This document shows, piece after piece, positions 50,004 to 62,891 of a DNA stretch of 64,000 bases. The translations under genes were made by a program, and so were the position numbers. Each line of letters starts with the position of its first letter. Position 1 is the first letter of the stretch. Under the pieces are notes generated by a model. It did no database searches. It worked only from the letters and a program-made list of their open reading frames with translations, and was not told the origin of the DNA. The DNA is from Malacoraja senta (Eukaryota): assembly GCA_038087875.1 (NCBI GenBank), contig CM075999.1:3908001-3972000 (forward strand). The letters are read 5' to 3'.

Positions 50004-51120
50004 AACCAAGCTAGAGATAGTGGGTGTTTGCTGATATTGGCTGCCTTTGTGAGGCAGCATCTCCTGGAGATCCCTTCACCAGTTGGGTGGTCAGTATCCG
50101 TGCTGGACGGTGAGGCTTTCCTGATGGGGACAAATGTATTACTCTGCACAATGGAACAACGTGAGGTGTAGAGTGAGGAGAGGTCAATGGTGCAAGTGGA
50201 CCTCGAACCTCATAACATCCGGCTGACATCAGCACACAAACATAGAAAGAAGCTGAAAGAATCGGAACAAAACCTGGCCTTGAAATATCTCAGTCCATCC
50301 ATTAACTGCACTGTCTTCAGTTGTGTTTCCGTAACTTGTGGAAATTATAATTAGATAGTAATCCTCTGGAAATACCTTAATAAAAAACAAATAATAAAAT
50401 GTAGTAAATTGCCAAAAATAACTCATGATAATGACCAGCTGAAAGTGATTGGCTGAAATGCAGTTGTTGAAGCAGCAGGTTGTTAAACTTATGCTGGTAT
50501 TAATTGAAATGATGGAATGTGGTTGTAACAGCGTCTGGTCCACTGCCTGGCCTCACTAAAGCCACAGCTCGCCAGCACTGACAGAGGGTGGTAGAATCAC
50601 TCACGTTATTCTCTGCGATGGATTCAGAAGCTGATGGAGACAAACGCTAGCAGTCTGAAGAAAAGCAGAAACCTTTGGAAAGCTGCCAGTGGTGGAGAGA
50701 AAGCCAGTACAAAAGCACTTTGGGCAGTCAGTGTGTGCACTGACAAAATCAAACTGCAATATTACCTCAATTAGAAATGATTGCAATGTTTGAAAAAATA
50801 TTGGCACCACCAAACAAAAAGGTTTACGACATATTTCACACTAGAACGGGATAGTGTGATGAGTTCAGGGGTCGATAGGGTTCTGTCTGAAGAAGGGTCT
50901 CGACCCGAAATGTCACCCATTCCTTCTCACCATAGATGCTGCCTGAGTCACTCCAGCATTCTGTGCCTATTAACAATGTGAATTCCTAATCTAGTGTATT
51001 AATTCATAATAAATGTATTTTAACTCTTGCATTGTAATTTGCATTAAATATCCCACTTCTCTCAGTGAAAAGTATAGGCAGGTAGTTCTATCGTGGCCTG
51101 TGCCATCTTAGCACTAGTGA

Positions 51121-51335
51121 CATGTGTAGGAAGGAACTGCAGCTGCTGGCTTAAACCGAAGATAGACACAAAATGCTGGAGTAACTCAGCGGGACAGGCA
51201 GCATCTCTGGAGAGAAGGAATGGGTGACGTTTCAGTCTGAAGAAGGGTCTCAACCCGAAACGTCACCCATTCCTTCTCTCCACAGATGCTGCCTGTCCCA
51301 TTGAGTTATTCCAGCATTTTGTGTCTATCTTCAGT
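51121..51335. mobile_element. Fold-back non-autonomous element made of two inverted PLE termini
   Basis: ~75-bp inverted arms around a hammerhead core; ACTAGTGA at 51113-51120 and 51336-51343. Confidence 0.75.
51237..51264 (+). ncRNA. Minimal hammerhead ribozyme-like core at the centre of a fold-back element
   Basis: CTGAAGAAGGGTCTCAACCCGAAACGTC. Confidence 0.6.
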
Positions 51336-52941
51336 ACTAGTGATATACTTAAACCAAAATGCACTGCTCGAGAGAAAAACTAATTAAAGGATTAAATACT
51401 GCTTCAGCTCACTGAAATTATCTTGCAACAAATGCAGTAATTAAGAGACAAGCTTCAGTGGCAGGACTGTGCATGCTTGATTAAACGTGAAGGACAGAGG
51501 AGACATTTATTGCAGGGAGCATCGCTGACAAACAGATTATTACTATTATACTATGTTATAGGAAAACTGATTTAAATATATTGGGTTTTCATATTCATCA
51601 TCCTTAACTACAAAATCAATGTTATATTTACCACTGACAAATATAGGTCGTAAACTTATTGCCAAACATTGTGATTTAAAATAATCGGCATATTATCCTG
51701 CACCAGCCCATCCTGTATATTGGAAGAAACAGATTGCTCTTTCTATAAATGATTAGAATTAAATATTATATTGTAAATAAAACACAGATATATGTTTTAA
51801 AATTTTGATTACGTACAAATATTGAGGTTTTATTTATTAAAAATGTATTTTGTATCAAAAATTAAATAGTGTTTAAAAGTTAGGCTTGCCAGAGGAAACT
51901 ACAGAAGCCGATACAATGACGAGTTCTAAAAGATATTTGGACAGTTATGTGGATAGGAAGATAGATGCAAAAAAAGCTGGAGTAACTCAGTGGGTCAGAC
52001 AGCATCTCTGGAGAAAAGGAATAGGTGATGTTTCAGGTCGAGACCCTTCTTCAGACTGAAGGGCCAAATGCAGGCAGATGAGATCTATCCAGTTGGCCAG
52101 TTTGGTCCAAGTGAACAAGGTGGGCCAAATGACCTGTTATTATGCTGTACATTTCTATGACTCTGACTAAGTTGCATCTATAGGCAGGAATCCATTCTGC
52201 CCATTTATGCTGTTCTACCATGCAGTTAGTTCATGGGTAGGGAGCCTATTCGTTGAAACTTGAGGAAAGTAGAACATAATTTAATAGTTACAGCCTTATC
52301 TGATAGCAGTTGATCTTGGAGCATTCATTTCTCTGTCCATTACTGACATGACAAAGATGAATATAAAGACTTGAGAAAAAGATAGAAGGGAATTGTAAAG
52401 CAGATATCCTTGAATTACGATAATAGTCTCTGGAGTACAGCGAGCAGGAAGCTTATTATTAACTGATATCGTGTGGTTCAGACCCTAGCTATTCAATTGT
52501 TCAGTCTGCCTGCCTCGGACAATTTACTGAATCAATCCTTATTATACGTGTGGAGGCCAAACGTCATTACCACCCATATTCCCATCAGCTGGCGTAATGG
52601 CAATCCTTGGCTGCACTCCAAAGCTGCAAAACAAAGGTGTGAGTTCACCGCCTGAAACTCTCTTCAGGAAACTTATTCCGCAGAATTATCCCTGGCTCAT
52701 AGATTGGCTGGTGCACAGTCGCTGGTTTGTTGCAGCATTGACGTGAGCACACTCTGCTAACCTCTGCTTACCTCTGCTTTCTGGCAACGACTAAGTTCTT
52801 TATTTAATAAATTATAAAATAGATTTGTACCTTGTGCAAAATGCCGCGATTACCGGAAATCCGAAATAATTTATGGAGGAGCTGGGTCAGGTCTCTCGAG
52901 GCAAGAGAAATGGAGTGAATGTTTAGTTTATTTGGGAAATA

Positions 52942-53205
52942 CAGGCCCTTCATCCCACCAAGTCCATGCTGACCATCGATCATTTGTTCTCACAGGTTCT
53001 ATGTTATTCCACTTTTATATCCACTCCCTGCACACTAGGGGCAATTTACAGAAGCCAATTCACCTACAAACCCGAAATGTGTGAGAAACCGGAGCACCTG
53101 GAGAAAATCCACGTGGTCACAAGTAGAATGTGCAAACTCCGTACAGACAGCACAAGTAGTCAGGATCAAAACCGGCTCACTGGCGCGGTGAGGCAGCAGC
53201 TCTAA
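52942..53205 (-). mobile_element. V-SINE, diverged
   Basis: Reverse complement similar to 53392-53710. Confidence 0.7.
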
Positions 53206-53391
53206 CGCGGTGGTAGAGTACTATGACAACATTTAAAATATATTTGGACAGGTGCATGGATAGGAAAGGTTTAGAGAGGTGTGGGTTAAATGTGGGCAAG
53301 TGGGAATAGCGTAGATGGGACATCTCGGTCGGCATGTGCAAGTTGGGCCGAAGGGCCTGTTTCTGTGCTGTATGACTCAACTAATCTAGGG

Positions 53392-53710
53392 CAGCATGGT
53401 GGAGCAGCGGTAGAGTTGCTGCCTCACAGCGCCAGAGACCCGGGTTTGATCCCGACTACGGGTGCTGTCTGTACGGAGTTTGTACGTTCTCCCCGTGACC
53501 TGCGTGGGTTTTCTCCGGGAGCTCCGGTTTCCTCCCACACTCCAAAGACGTGCAGGTTTGTAGGTTAATTGGCTTCGGTATAAATGTAAATTGTCCCTAG
53601 TGTGTGTAGGATAGTGTTAGTGTCCGGGGATCGCTGGTTGGCGCAGACTCAGTGGGACGAAGGGCCTGTTTCCGCGCTGTATCTCTAAACTAAACTAAAC
53701 TAAAACTAAA
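53392..53710 (+). mobile_element. tRNA-derived V-SINE (HE1-like)
   Basis: Same architecture, (CTAAA)n tail. Confidence 0.85.
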
Positions 53711-55089
53711 ATTCCAGCCACTGACTGAGGTTATGCAGGGAAGAGAAGTGCTGATGTGTCTGTTGTGTTTTATTGGCTGCTCTTCAGCTAATGGCAATGT
53801 TTATATGTGTGTAGATTAAATAATAAAATTGAATTAATAGAAACTCAATACTTATTAACTGTTTTATGTATGGCAGAATAATAGCTGAATTTATACACGA
53901 GAAAATAATCTGCGATGATTAGAATGTTGTCCCTGGGGAAGTTTGGCCTGGACTCGAGAGCTGGAGTGTTAACCAATATTCAATTCCATCTCTGTCCCAT
54001 TTGAACAATTATCTTTTATCACAGCCAGTCTGTCATACAGTCATTGTGTGGTTGTCTTGTGGTATTTGTTACTGCAGGCCTGAAGTAGAGGCCACTTCCT
54101 CACTTTGATTCTAAACCACTGGTTTCAGAACTCAGTGAAAAAGCAGATTGCTGCGCTGGGTAACTGGAGATCAGTGAGCAAGTTCTGTTTAACTCTATAT
54201 TCATCCATGGATCAAATAAACATAGAAAGGATTAAAATGGGTGTGGGTCTCCGATGATGTCGGCTGCCTTTTTGAGGCATTTCCTCCTGTAGATCCGTTT
54301 GATGGTGGGGAGGTCAGTACCTGTGATGGACCGGGCAGTGTGTGGTTGGGGAGGTCAGTACCTGTGATGGATCGGGCAGTGTCTACCACTCACTGTGGTC
54401 TCCATCGTTCTAGCTGCCCCCTGACAGTGCGGGCACATGGGTGAGTCAGAGTCAGGCTGTGTTTCTGATCGTGGTTCTGATCTCAGTGAGACCATTCACA
54501 TTGGGAACCTGTACGTTCGGAAGAGCAATAACAAAGAGCAGAGAAACCATGAAACTATCGCTGTGTGCAGGCAAAGCAAGCAACCGTTCCCATCAATGTG
54601 ATGAAAAGAATCACAGGTTTTAATTTTACTGAATATAATGTTCTCCTGATCTCAGGGGGAGCTTGTGGCAAAGATATTGTAACACTTGTAATGAGAAGCA
54701 TTGCAAATTGGCCAGACAGGTCGACGTTCCTCACATCTGCCAGCCCTGGATTATATATTCCACAGCACATTTTCATACATGAAATATTTAAAACCACGCT
54801 ATCTATTTTCGAATCATTTCCTTGTCAGTTTGATTCCTCAGAACCCACCGACAAGTGATTTCTTTCCAGGGCCGCGACTGGGGAGAGGGAGATGGGAAAG
54901 CAGTCGTGGAAATCAAGCTGAGACCGTTCCTGAAAGGCGATTAGTGGAGTTAAATAAAGGAAAGAGCAACTGATGAGCGAGCGAGTGAAAGACACGTTAA
55001 CCATAGCCGTTGCCAACCTGTTCACAGTGGCTATTGCATTAGGACATTGAATGGGAGAGATATAAATGCCTTACTTTGCGCCAAGAATA

Positions 55090-55240
55090 GACACAGAGTG
55101 CTGGAGTAACTCAGCGGGTCAGGCAGCATCTGTGGAAAACATGGATAGGTGACGTTTCACAGAGTGCAGTAACTCAGCGGGTCAGGCAGCATCTGTGGAG
55201 AACATGGATAGGTGACGTTTCGGGTCAGGACCCTTCTTTT
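55090..55240 (-). repeat. Two tandem PLE-terminal units
   Basis: Same unit as the 61.5-kb array, with a small deletion. Confidence 0.7.
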
Positions 55241-56979
55241 CGACAGGCAGATGGTTGGGCAAAGGGCAGAGACAAGTAAACAGAAGGTTGTGACAGGGGA
55301 TTGAAGAGTTACAAATTGTGAAGCCAGAGGAAGGAATGCAGGTGGATGAGGACGGGGAGTTTGAAACGTGCTTCCGTTTCCAATGGATCACGTATTTGTG
55401 GAGTTCTAACTGAATGATTTAAATGCTCCATCAAGTGCCAGTGGTTCTCCACTGAAACATGGGACTGGTTTAGGCTGTTCAGACATGACATAACCTGCTA
55501 TTAATGATGACCAACACAAGCAGATAGAGTGGTAGAGACATGAGCAATGCTTGCCCTCATCGATCGGGGCATTGAGTATAAGAGTCAGGAAGTTACGTCG
55601 CAACTGGAGGAACTCAGTGGGTCAGGCAGCATCTGTGGAGGAACAGACAGACCCAGCGGGTCAGGCAGCATCTGTGGAGGTACGGACAGGCGACGGTTCG
55701 GATGGAATGGAATACTTTATGGTCACATGTGAGAGCAAAGTGAAATTCTTTGCTTGCGTACCCAAGGTATACAAATAGTCGCCACATAAACGATGCTGAA
55801 AAGTTACCAAGTAAGCTAGACACAAAAAGCTGGAGTAACTCAGCGGGACAGGCAGCATCTCTGGAGAGAAGGAATGGGTGACGTTTTGGGTCAAGACCCT
55901 TCTTCGTTTCAACCATCTTTGGTTTAAACTAGCAACTGCATTTCCTTCCTGCAGAAGAATGGTCTCAACCTGAAACATCACCCATTCCTTCCCTCCAGAG
56001 ATGCTGCCTGTCCCGCTGAGTTACTGCAGCTTTCTGTGTCTATCTTCTGAAAAAACAGCATCTGCAGTTCCTTCGTACACAATGTTACAATGTACCCTCG
56101 CTGGTTCCTCCTTTGTTTCGCCCACCCTCCCCCCCCCAATCCTCCCCCCCCCTCCCCCCTTCCCTCTTTCCTCCAGTTTTTTTTTTGCATAATCTTCTTC
56201 CTTGCAGATTTTCACATGAAAGGTATTTGTACCTTAATCAGGGACCTATTTTTAACAATGGACAGAAAATTGCCAAGAATGATTAATGTTACAGAAGATT
56301 ATAGATATTTAATAATACTTATGTGACCTTTAAAATCGGTGAGAAAAATACTTTTAGATCAGAATCTGTGAAAAAAAACTGAGAGGCAGATTGATAAAAC
56401 TTGTAGATAAAAGGCATGAATAGTAATGAAAACATGACAATAAATCAGAATATGCAGCATCTCCAATGTCGGAGAGAAGGTCGACAGCTGGAATGTTTAA
56501 ACTGCGTTACGTGACACAAAACATAGTCACAAAATGCTGGTGTAAATATCTTCAGTGTAAACCAGCATCTGCAGTTCCTTCCTACATGTTACATGACACA
56601 GAGAGTGGTGGACTCAGCCCGGTCCATCACGGCTTCAGCCCTCCCCTCTATCGAGAGCATCAACAAGGCAGTATCGACCATCAAGGATGCCCACCATCCG
56701 GGCACTGCTGCCGGCGGGCAGGAGCTACAGAAGCCCCAAGTCCCACACCACCAGGTTCAGGAACAGATACTTTCCTGCAACCATCAGGTTCTTGAACCGA
56801 CCCGCACGACCCTAATCCCACCTCAGCAACGGAACGCCATGGACATTGTGCACTACACACAGACTTGGCTTTTTAAAATTATTTTTTAATCTATTTCATG
56901 TCTTGTTTTTTTAATTCTCTTTCAAAATATTCCATGTAATTTATGTTTCTCTGTGATGTCTGAGTTCATAAATTCAAAA

Positions 56980-57297
56980 GAGATAGGAGAAGAATTAGGC
57001 CATTCAGCCCATCAAGTCTACTCTGCCATTCAATCATGGCTGTTCTATCTCTCCCTCCTAACCCCATTCTCCTGCCTTCTCCCCATAACCCCTGACACCC
57101 ATACTAATCAAGAATCTATCAATCTCTGCTTTAAAAATATCCATTGACTTGGCCTCCACAGCCATCTGTGGAAATGAATTCCACAGATTTACCACCCACT
57201 GACTAAAGAAATTCCTCCTCATCATTTAATTCTGAGGCTGTGAGCTCTGGTCTTGGACCCACCCACTAGTAGATACAGCCTCTCCACGTCCACTCTT
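56980..57297 (-). mobile_element. CR1-type LINE 3' fragment
   Basis: Similar to 7590-7920. Confidence 0.75.
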
Positions 57298-57977
57298 TTT
57301 GCGTTCCTCGTGATTTGTTTGAGTTGGTCTGGTTCCCGTGTAGATGTGAGTCGGGAACCAGTGAATGGGGACTTCATGATGAATATTCTTTTAATTGATT
57401 ATTGTTCAGGTAATTAACACTGTAATGCTGTGCTTATAAGCTGATGGGTTTAAGGCTTTTTCGAACCTCGTTCCCCCACCTTCCCCTCCCTCCCCCCAGA
57501 GTCAATGAACATGCAGAGGGTCAACACTTGAAAGCCTTTGATACATGAGAAGATGTCAGACAAGGTTGGAGGCCACTAACTTTGCAAAGAGTCCCTCATA
57601 AGAAGCACCGATTCCCGGGTTGAAGCAGTTCAGTCCATTCCCTCAAAGACTTAGCAGCGTTACGTCGAACCAATTCAATGCCCTTGTACTGTTGTTGATT
57701 CATAACGTGTTTTCTCTTCCCCAGTCTGACCCTCCAGCTAACAGTGGACGAAACTTGGTGCCCCTCCCCCCCCCCCCCCCCCCATCTCTGGCTGGAACCC
57801 CTGTGCTTCTTCATCTTATTTGTGCAAAGTTTGGATGCAATTATTCCCACTGTGGCCTCCCTCCATTACAGCTCCAGTATCAGTTTCCTCATCAACACAG
57901 TCTGAAATTTCAAATCAATCCCAGTGTTATCCCTCTTTGTGCCCCAGCCTCTTTAACTCATTTACAACAGGTGGATG

Positions 57978-58088
57978 GCAGCATGGTGGCGCAGTGGTCG
58001 AGTTGCTGCCTCACGGCGCCAGTGACCTGGGTTCGATCCTGACTACGGGTGCTGACTGTACGGAGTTTGTACGTTCTCCCCGGGACCT
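57978..58088 (+). mobile_element. V-SINE 5' fragment, truncated where the PLE-terminal array begins
   Basis: A and B boxes plus start of the central domain, then an abrupt switch. Confidence 0.75.
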
Positions 58089-58094
58089 GTTTTC

Positions 58095-58585
58095 TGGAGA
58101 ACATGGATAGGTGACGTTTCACAGACACAGTGCTGGAGTAACTCAGCGGGTCAGGCAGCATCTGTGGAGCGAAGGAAATGGGCAACCTTTCAGGCCGAAA
58201 CCCTGAAGGAAATAGGCAACGTTTCGGGCCGAAACCCGGAAGGGTTTCGGGCCGAAACGTTGCCTATTTCCTTCGCTCCATAGATGCTGCCGCACCCGCT
58301 GAGTTTTTCCAGCATTTTGGTCTACCTTATCATTTATAGTGTGGTTCCGTATAGCTTACAAAGCACAGAAGTACACTGTGCCAGAGTAACTCAGCGGGTC
58401 AGGCAGCATCTGTGGAGAACATGGATAGGTGACGTTTCACAGAGTGCTGGAGTAACTGGGTCAGGCAGCATCTGTGGAGAACATGGATAGGTGACGTTTC
58501 ACAGAGTGCTGGAGTAACTCAGTGGGTCAGGCAGCATCTGTGGAGAACATGGATAGGTGACGTTTTGGGTCGGGAACCTTCTTTG
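58095..58585. repeat. Second copy of the composite PLE-terminal array, abutting a truncated SINE
   Basis: Near-identical to ~48066-48470, including the spacer ...CCTTATCATTTATAGTGTGGTTCCGTATAGCTTACAAAGCACAGAAGTACACTGTG. Confidence 0.8.
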
Positions 58586-59104
58586 GACCCTGCAGTTCCT
58601 TATCTCTAATGTGAAAAGGATGCTGCATTATTAAGCCAAATGATTTTGCCGCACACTGGTGAGAAAACTAAGTCTGCTTCTAGAGGAAAGCAGCCTCTAG
58701 ATCAGTTGGAAGCTGTTTTCCTTCTGGGTTATTAAAACTTAAATTAATTTTTAATAACTTTATCTATCAAACGTACTGCAGGGTCCAAGCCACGTGAAAT
58801 CAGCGTTAGTCTGGTGGTTGGAAGCTGCCACCCATCTTGCTTCTGTTTACACTTTAGAGATACAGCGCAGAAACAGGCCCTTCGGCCCACCGAGTCCATG
58901 CCGACCAGCGATCACCCCCGTACACTAGCACTATCCTACACACTAGGGACCCTTCCCATTTGCCTGGATTTATTCCATATCCCACTAAACCATTCCTATC
59001 CATATTTCTGTCCATGTCTTAATTATATCCGCTTCTTTAATACTACTGATTACTCATTTATTTTAGCACTGGTTATTGAGTATTTATCTCTGTGATACTG
59101 TGTC

Positions 59105-59421
59105 CACGGCGGCGCAGCGGTAGAGTTGCTGCCTTTCAGCACCAGAGACCCGGGTTCGATCCCGACAACAGGTGCTGTCTGTACGGAGTTTAATCATTCT
59201 CCCCGTGACCGTGTGGGTTTTCTCTGGGCACTCCGGTTTCCTCCCACACTCTAGACGTACAGGTTTGTAGGTTAATTGGCGGTATGAATGTAAATTGTCC
59301 CTAGTGTGTGTAGGATAGTGTTGGTGTGAAGGGATCGCTGGTCGGCTTGGACTCGGTGGGCCGAAGGGCCTGTTTCCGTGCTGTATCTCTGAACTAAGAC
59401 TATCTAGACTAAACTAAACTA
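59105..59421 (+). mobile_element. tRNA-derived V-SINE (HE1-like)
   Basis: Same architecture. Confidence 0.85.
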
Positions 59422-61508
59422 ATGGGCCTGTAAAGCTGCTGTAAGTAACAATGGTATTGTTTTGTTGCGAGTACCTGTGACAATTGAACACTCTTGACTC
59501 TGGACTACTGAGCATGACACAATAGTACCACTGTGAACATTAACCATTCAGAAAGATAAAGTTCCCGACTACATCGCCTATGATTAAAAATAAATAGGCT
59601 GATTCTGGTACGTTTGCGAGTCCAAGATCATTTTTGATGCAGCCAAATGAGTTTGACATTTCTCTCGCTATCAAACAGTGGTATCCATTTCTACTTAATG
59701 AGCCTGGTCTATAGCTGTTTAATGGGTGAAAGATTTCTAACACAGGAATGTAACTGGCACTTATGAAAAGGAATGTTAAATGAATCAAGTGGATAAATGA
59801 ACCAATATATCTGTTACCTCAATCCTTCTCCATGTGTATTTATTGAAGCATTTTAGATTTCCAGCTGCATCATAATTTAAACACAACTCTTTAAGGATTT
59901 GTTTTACAAACATATATAAATCTTAATGGGATTTTTAATTGGCCTTTTTTGGTCAGGAATTGTAGTTAATTTTAGTCTTATCTTTAATAAGACCAGTGTT
60001 CCTGCTCTGGAGATTTACAAGGCCGTATAATGTTTCATCATTAGTGCTTATTTGAAGCAGTAAATATATTGGTGGAGGTGACTGTGTCTGTGTGAGTGAA
60101 GGATAGATGCCCAGGCCACCAGCACTGGAAATAGTGTCTGGAACGTCTGTGTCAAGGTGAATCACCAGGAAGTAGATACGTCGTGATTTGTACTGATTGA
60201 CTAATTGACAAAGAAACACTATCCACAGTCTAACTCTACACTGGAGACACAAGGAAGTGCAGGTGCTGGAAGCTTAAGCAAAACACAAAATGCTGGAGGA
60301 ACTCAGCGGGTCAAGCAGCGTCTGTGGGGGGAATAGACGGACGATGTTTCAGGTCCCGACCCTTCTTCAGACACTGCCCGGTCCATCACAGATATTCACC
60401 TCCCCACCATCGAAGGGATCTACAGAGAGTGATGGACATTGCCCGGTACTGACCTCCTAGTAATCTTAGTTAATGAAAGTATTGGTCAGATGCTTAAATG
60501 ATTTATGCCTTGTGATTTAAACCAAAATGTATTTCTCCCAAACTCTTCCACAAATCTGATATATAAGAGAATCCACTGTATGATTTGCTGTTTGTTGGAC
60601 TGCCCTCCGGGTTGAGATTACACTGGGGAGAAGGTACAGGAGCCTGAAAACCGAGACCTCCAGGTTCAAGAACAGCTTCTTCCCAACAACCATCAGGCTG
60701 TTCAACACTGCAGAACACTGACCTCAGCAACTGTGATCTAACACGGACTTTGTCTGTGGTTGCTCTACAGACTTCGGGGTTTTTTTGCAGGCCCTTCGGC
60801 CCACTGAGTCCCGGCCAACCAGCGATTACCCCATACACTAGCACTATCCTACACATTGGGACTAGGATAGTGGGCCGAATGGCCCGTCCCTGAACTCCAT
60901 GACTCAGCTACTCGGCTTGAATTTGGTCATGTTCAGTTTCAGGCCGGGGATGGTGTTAAGACTATGTAAAAGCTTTTCCCTGTACCTCGGTACACGTGAC
61001 AATAAACTGAACTGAACTGCCCTCTGGTCCTAGATTCTGCCACTAGTGGAAACATCCTCTCCACATCCACTCTATCCAGGCTGAGCAAGAGTATTGTAAG
61101 TGAGATGGGCCATTGGATTTCAGATGCCTGTCACATCTGTGTGATCCAATGCATGTCCTGATGGAGAATGTGTAATGGATGCTGTTTATTACAAAACGTT
61201 CCTGAGGAATTGCCCAGCCACACTGCTATCTGGTGCAGTTACATAAAACCTATCTAGTGTGGAAGTTATTGCCCTCCTGACAGACTGAGTGTGGCCCCCA
61301 GGAGAATGCCGGGGAGCAGGGTCTAACTCACAGGGTGGATGCCCCGCTGCTGGGAGAGTTTCACTGCCTTTATGCCTGAGAGATTGCACTGACTGACACA
61401 CAGAGATTTCTCTAAGGTGAAATAAAAATAAAATTATCGTCAATATTTTCCTTACCATCCTCCAAGCACCAAACTGCGGTGTGTGCATGCTAATGAATAG
61501 ACACAGTC

Positions 61509-61768
61509 CAGAGTGCTGGAGTAACTCAGCGGGTCAGACAGTACCTCTGGAGAACATGGATAGGTGACGTTTCACAGAGTGCTGGAGTAACTCAGCGGGT
61601 CAGGCAGCATCTCTGGAGAACATGGATAGGTGACGTTTCACAGAGTGCTGGAGTAACTCAGCGGGTCAGGCAGCATCTCTGGAGAACATGGATAGGTGAC
61701 GTTTCAGGTGGAGACCCTTCTTCAGACACCCGACCTGAAACGTCACCCATCTTTTTTCTCCAGAGATT
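61509..61768 (-). repeat. Three tandem 66-nt PLE-terminal units headed by one hammerhead core
   Basis: Unit starts at 61573 and 61639; core at 61698-61725. Confidence 0.8.
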
Positions 61769-62259
61769 CTTTCTTATTGTGGCCCAGTATTCTATAAAGA
61801 GCTAATGTTATTGATGCAGATGGAATCAGTCAGCTATTATAGATGGAGATGGAGTAATCTGTCCAAGGCCAGCCGCCAAACATAGCAGGCTAGCACCAAC
61901 CCTGGCAACAAATCAGACACAATTGCCATTGTCTCAATATAGAATTCCAGTCGGCACGCTAGCCCACAGCAGACACACACGATGCAGAACGTGGCTGCAA
62001 ACCAGAAACTGCTGGATACATCCCCAGCATCTGTCGAAAGAGATGCTTCATCAGAAATGAGAAAAAAAATCTAGTGTGTGTAAAGTTGCAGAGAGGGCAG
62101 GAGAGAGAATTAATGAACTTGTGGCGTCTGGGTTAAATGTGCATTTAAGGATTTAAAGGATTTGCACTGGTCACATATAAAGCCAGACTTTCCATGTGGT
62201 TACACTACATCCAGAGCCTCCTGACCAAGCTGGAAAAGTAATGCTCACCGCCTTCTCTG

Positions 62260-62642
62260 GTTTAGTTTATTGTCACGTGTACCGAGGTACAGGGAAAAGC
62301 TTTGGTTGCGTGCTAACCAGTCAGAGGAAAGACAATACATGATTACAATTGAGCCATGCGCAGTGTATAGATACATGATAAGGGAATAACATTTAGTGCA
62401 AGATAAAGCCTGCAAAGTCTGATCAATGATAGTCCGAAGGTCACCAATGAGGTAGATACTGCTCTCTGGTTGAGGTAGGATGATTCAGTTGCCTGATAAC
62501 AGCTGGGAAGAAACTGTCCCTGAATCTAGAGGTGTGCGTTTTCACACTTCTGTACCTTTTGCCCGATGGGAGAGGGGAGAAGAGGGAGTGGCCGGGGTGA
62601 GACTGGTCCTTGATTATGCTGCTGGCCTTGCCGAGGCAGCGT
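62260..62642 (-). mobile_element. Rex1/Babar-like LINE 3' fragment (second subfamily)
   Basis: ORF 62441..62650 has the same motif. Confidence 0.8.
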
Positions 62643-62699
62643 GATGACAAATGTAAAAGTTACAAACGCTAATGGTGTTCACACGGGTTCCACGTTATC

Positions 62700-62891
62700 C
62701 CACTTTCTCATCCACTCCCTACACACTAGGAGCAATTTACAGAAGCCAATTAACCTACAAACCCGCACACCTTTGGGATGTGGGAGGAAACCGGAGCACC
62801 CGGAAGAAACCCACGCGGTCACAGGGAGAACGTACAAATGCGTCTCTGGCGCTGTGAGGCAGCAGCTCTACCCGCTGCACTGCTGTGCCGC
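62700..62891 (-). mobile_element. V-SINE with internal deletion
   Basis: Reverse complement of SINE head and central domain. Confidence 0.7.

Noticed and set aside
50274..50375. Possible minus-strand exon VFPEDYYLIIISTSYGNTTEDSAVNGWTEIFQGQ
   Set aside because: Weak splice sites, unrecognisable peptide, no partner exons
52473..52655. RNGNPW as a doublecortin (DCDC2B) exon, expected from human synteny
   Set aside because: Only a few residues resemble the RNGD motif; the surroundings and splice signals do not fit
47958..61768. 66-nt repeats as a CRISPR-like array
   Set aside because: Units abut directly with no unique spacers, there are no cas genes, and the context is eukaryotic retroelement DNA
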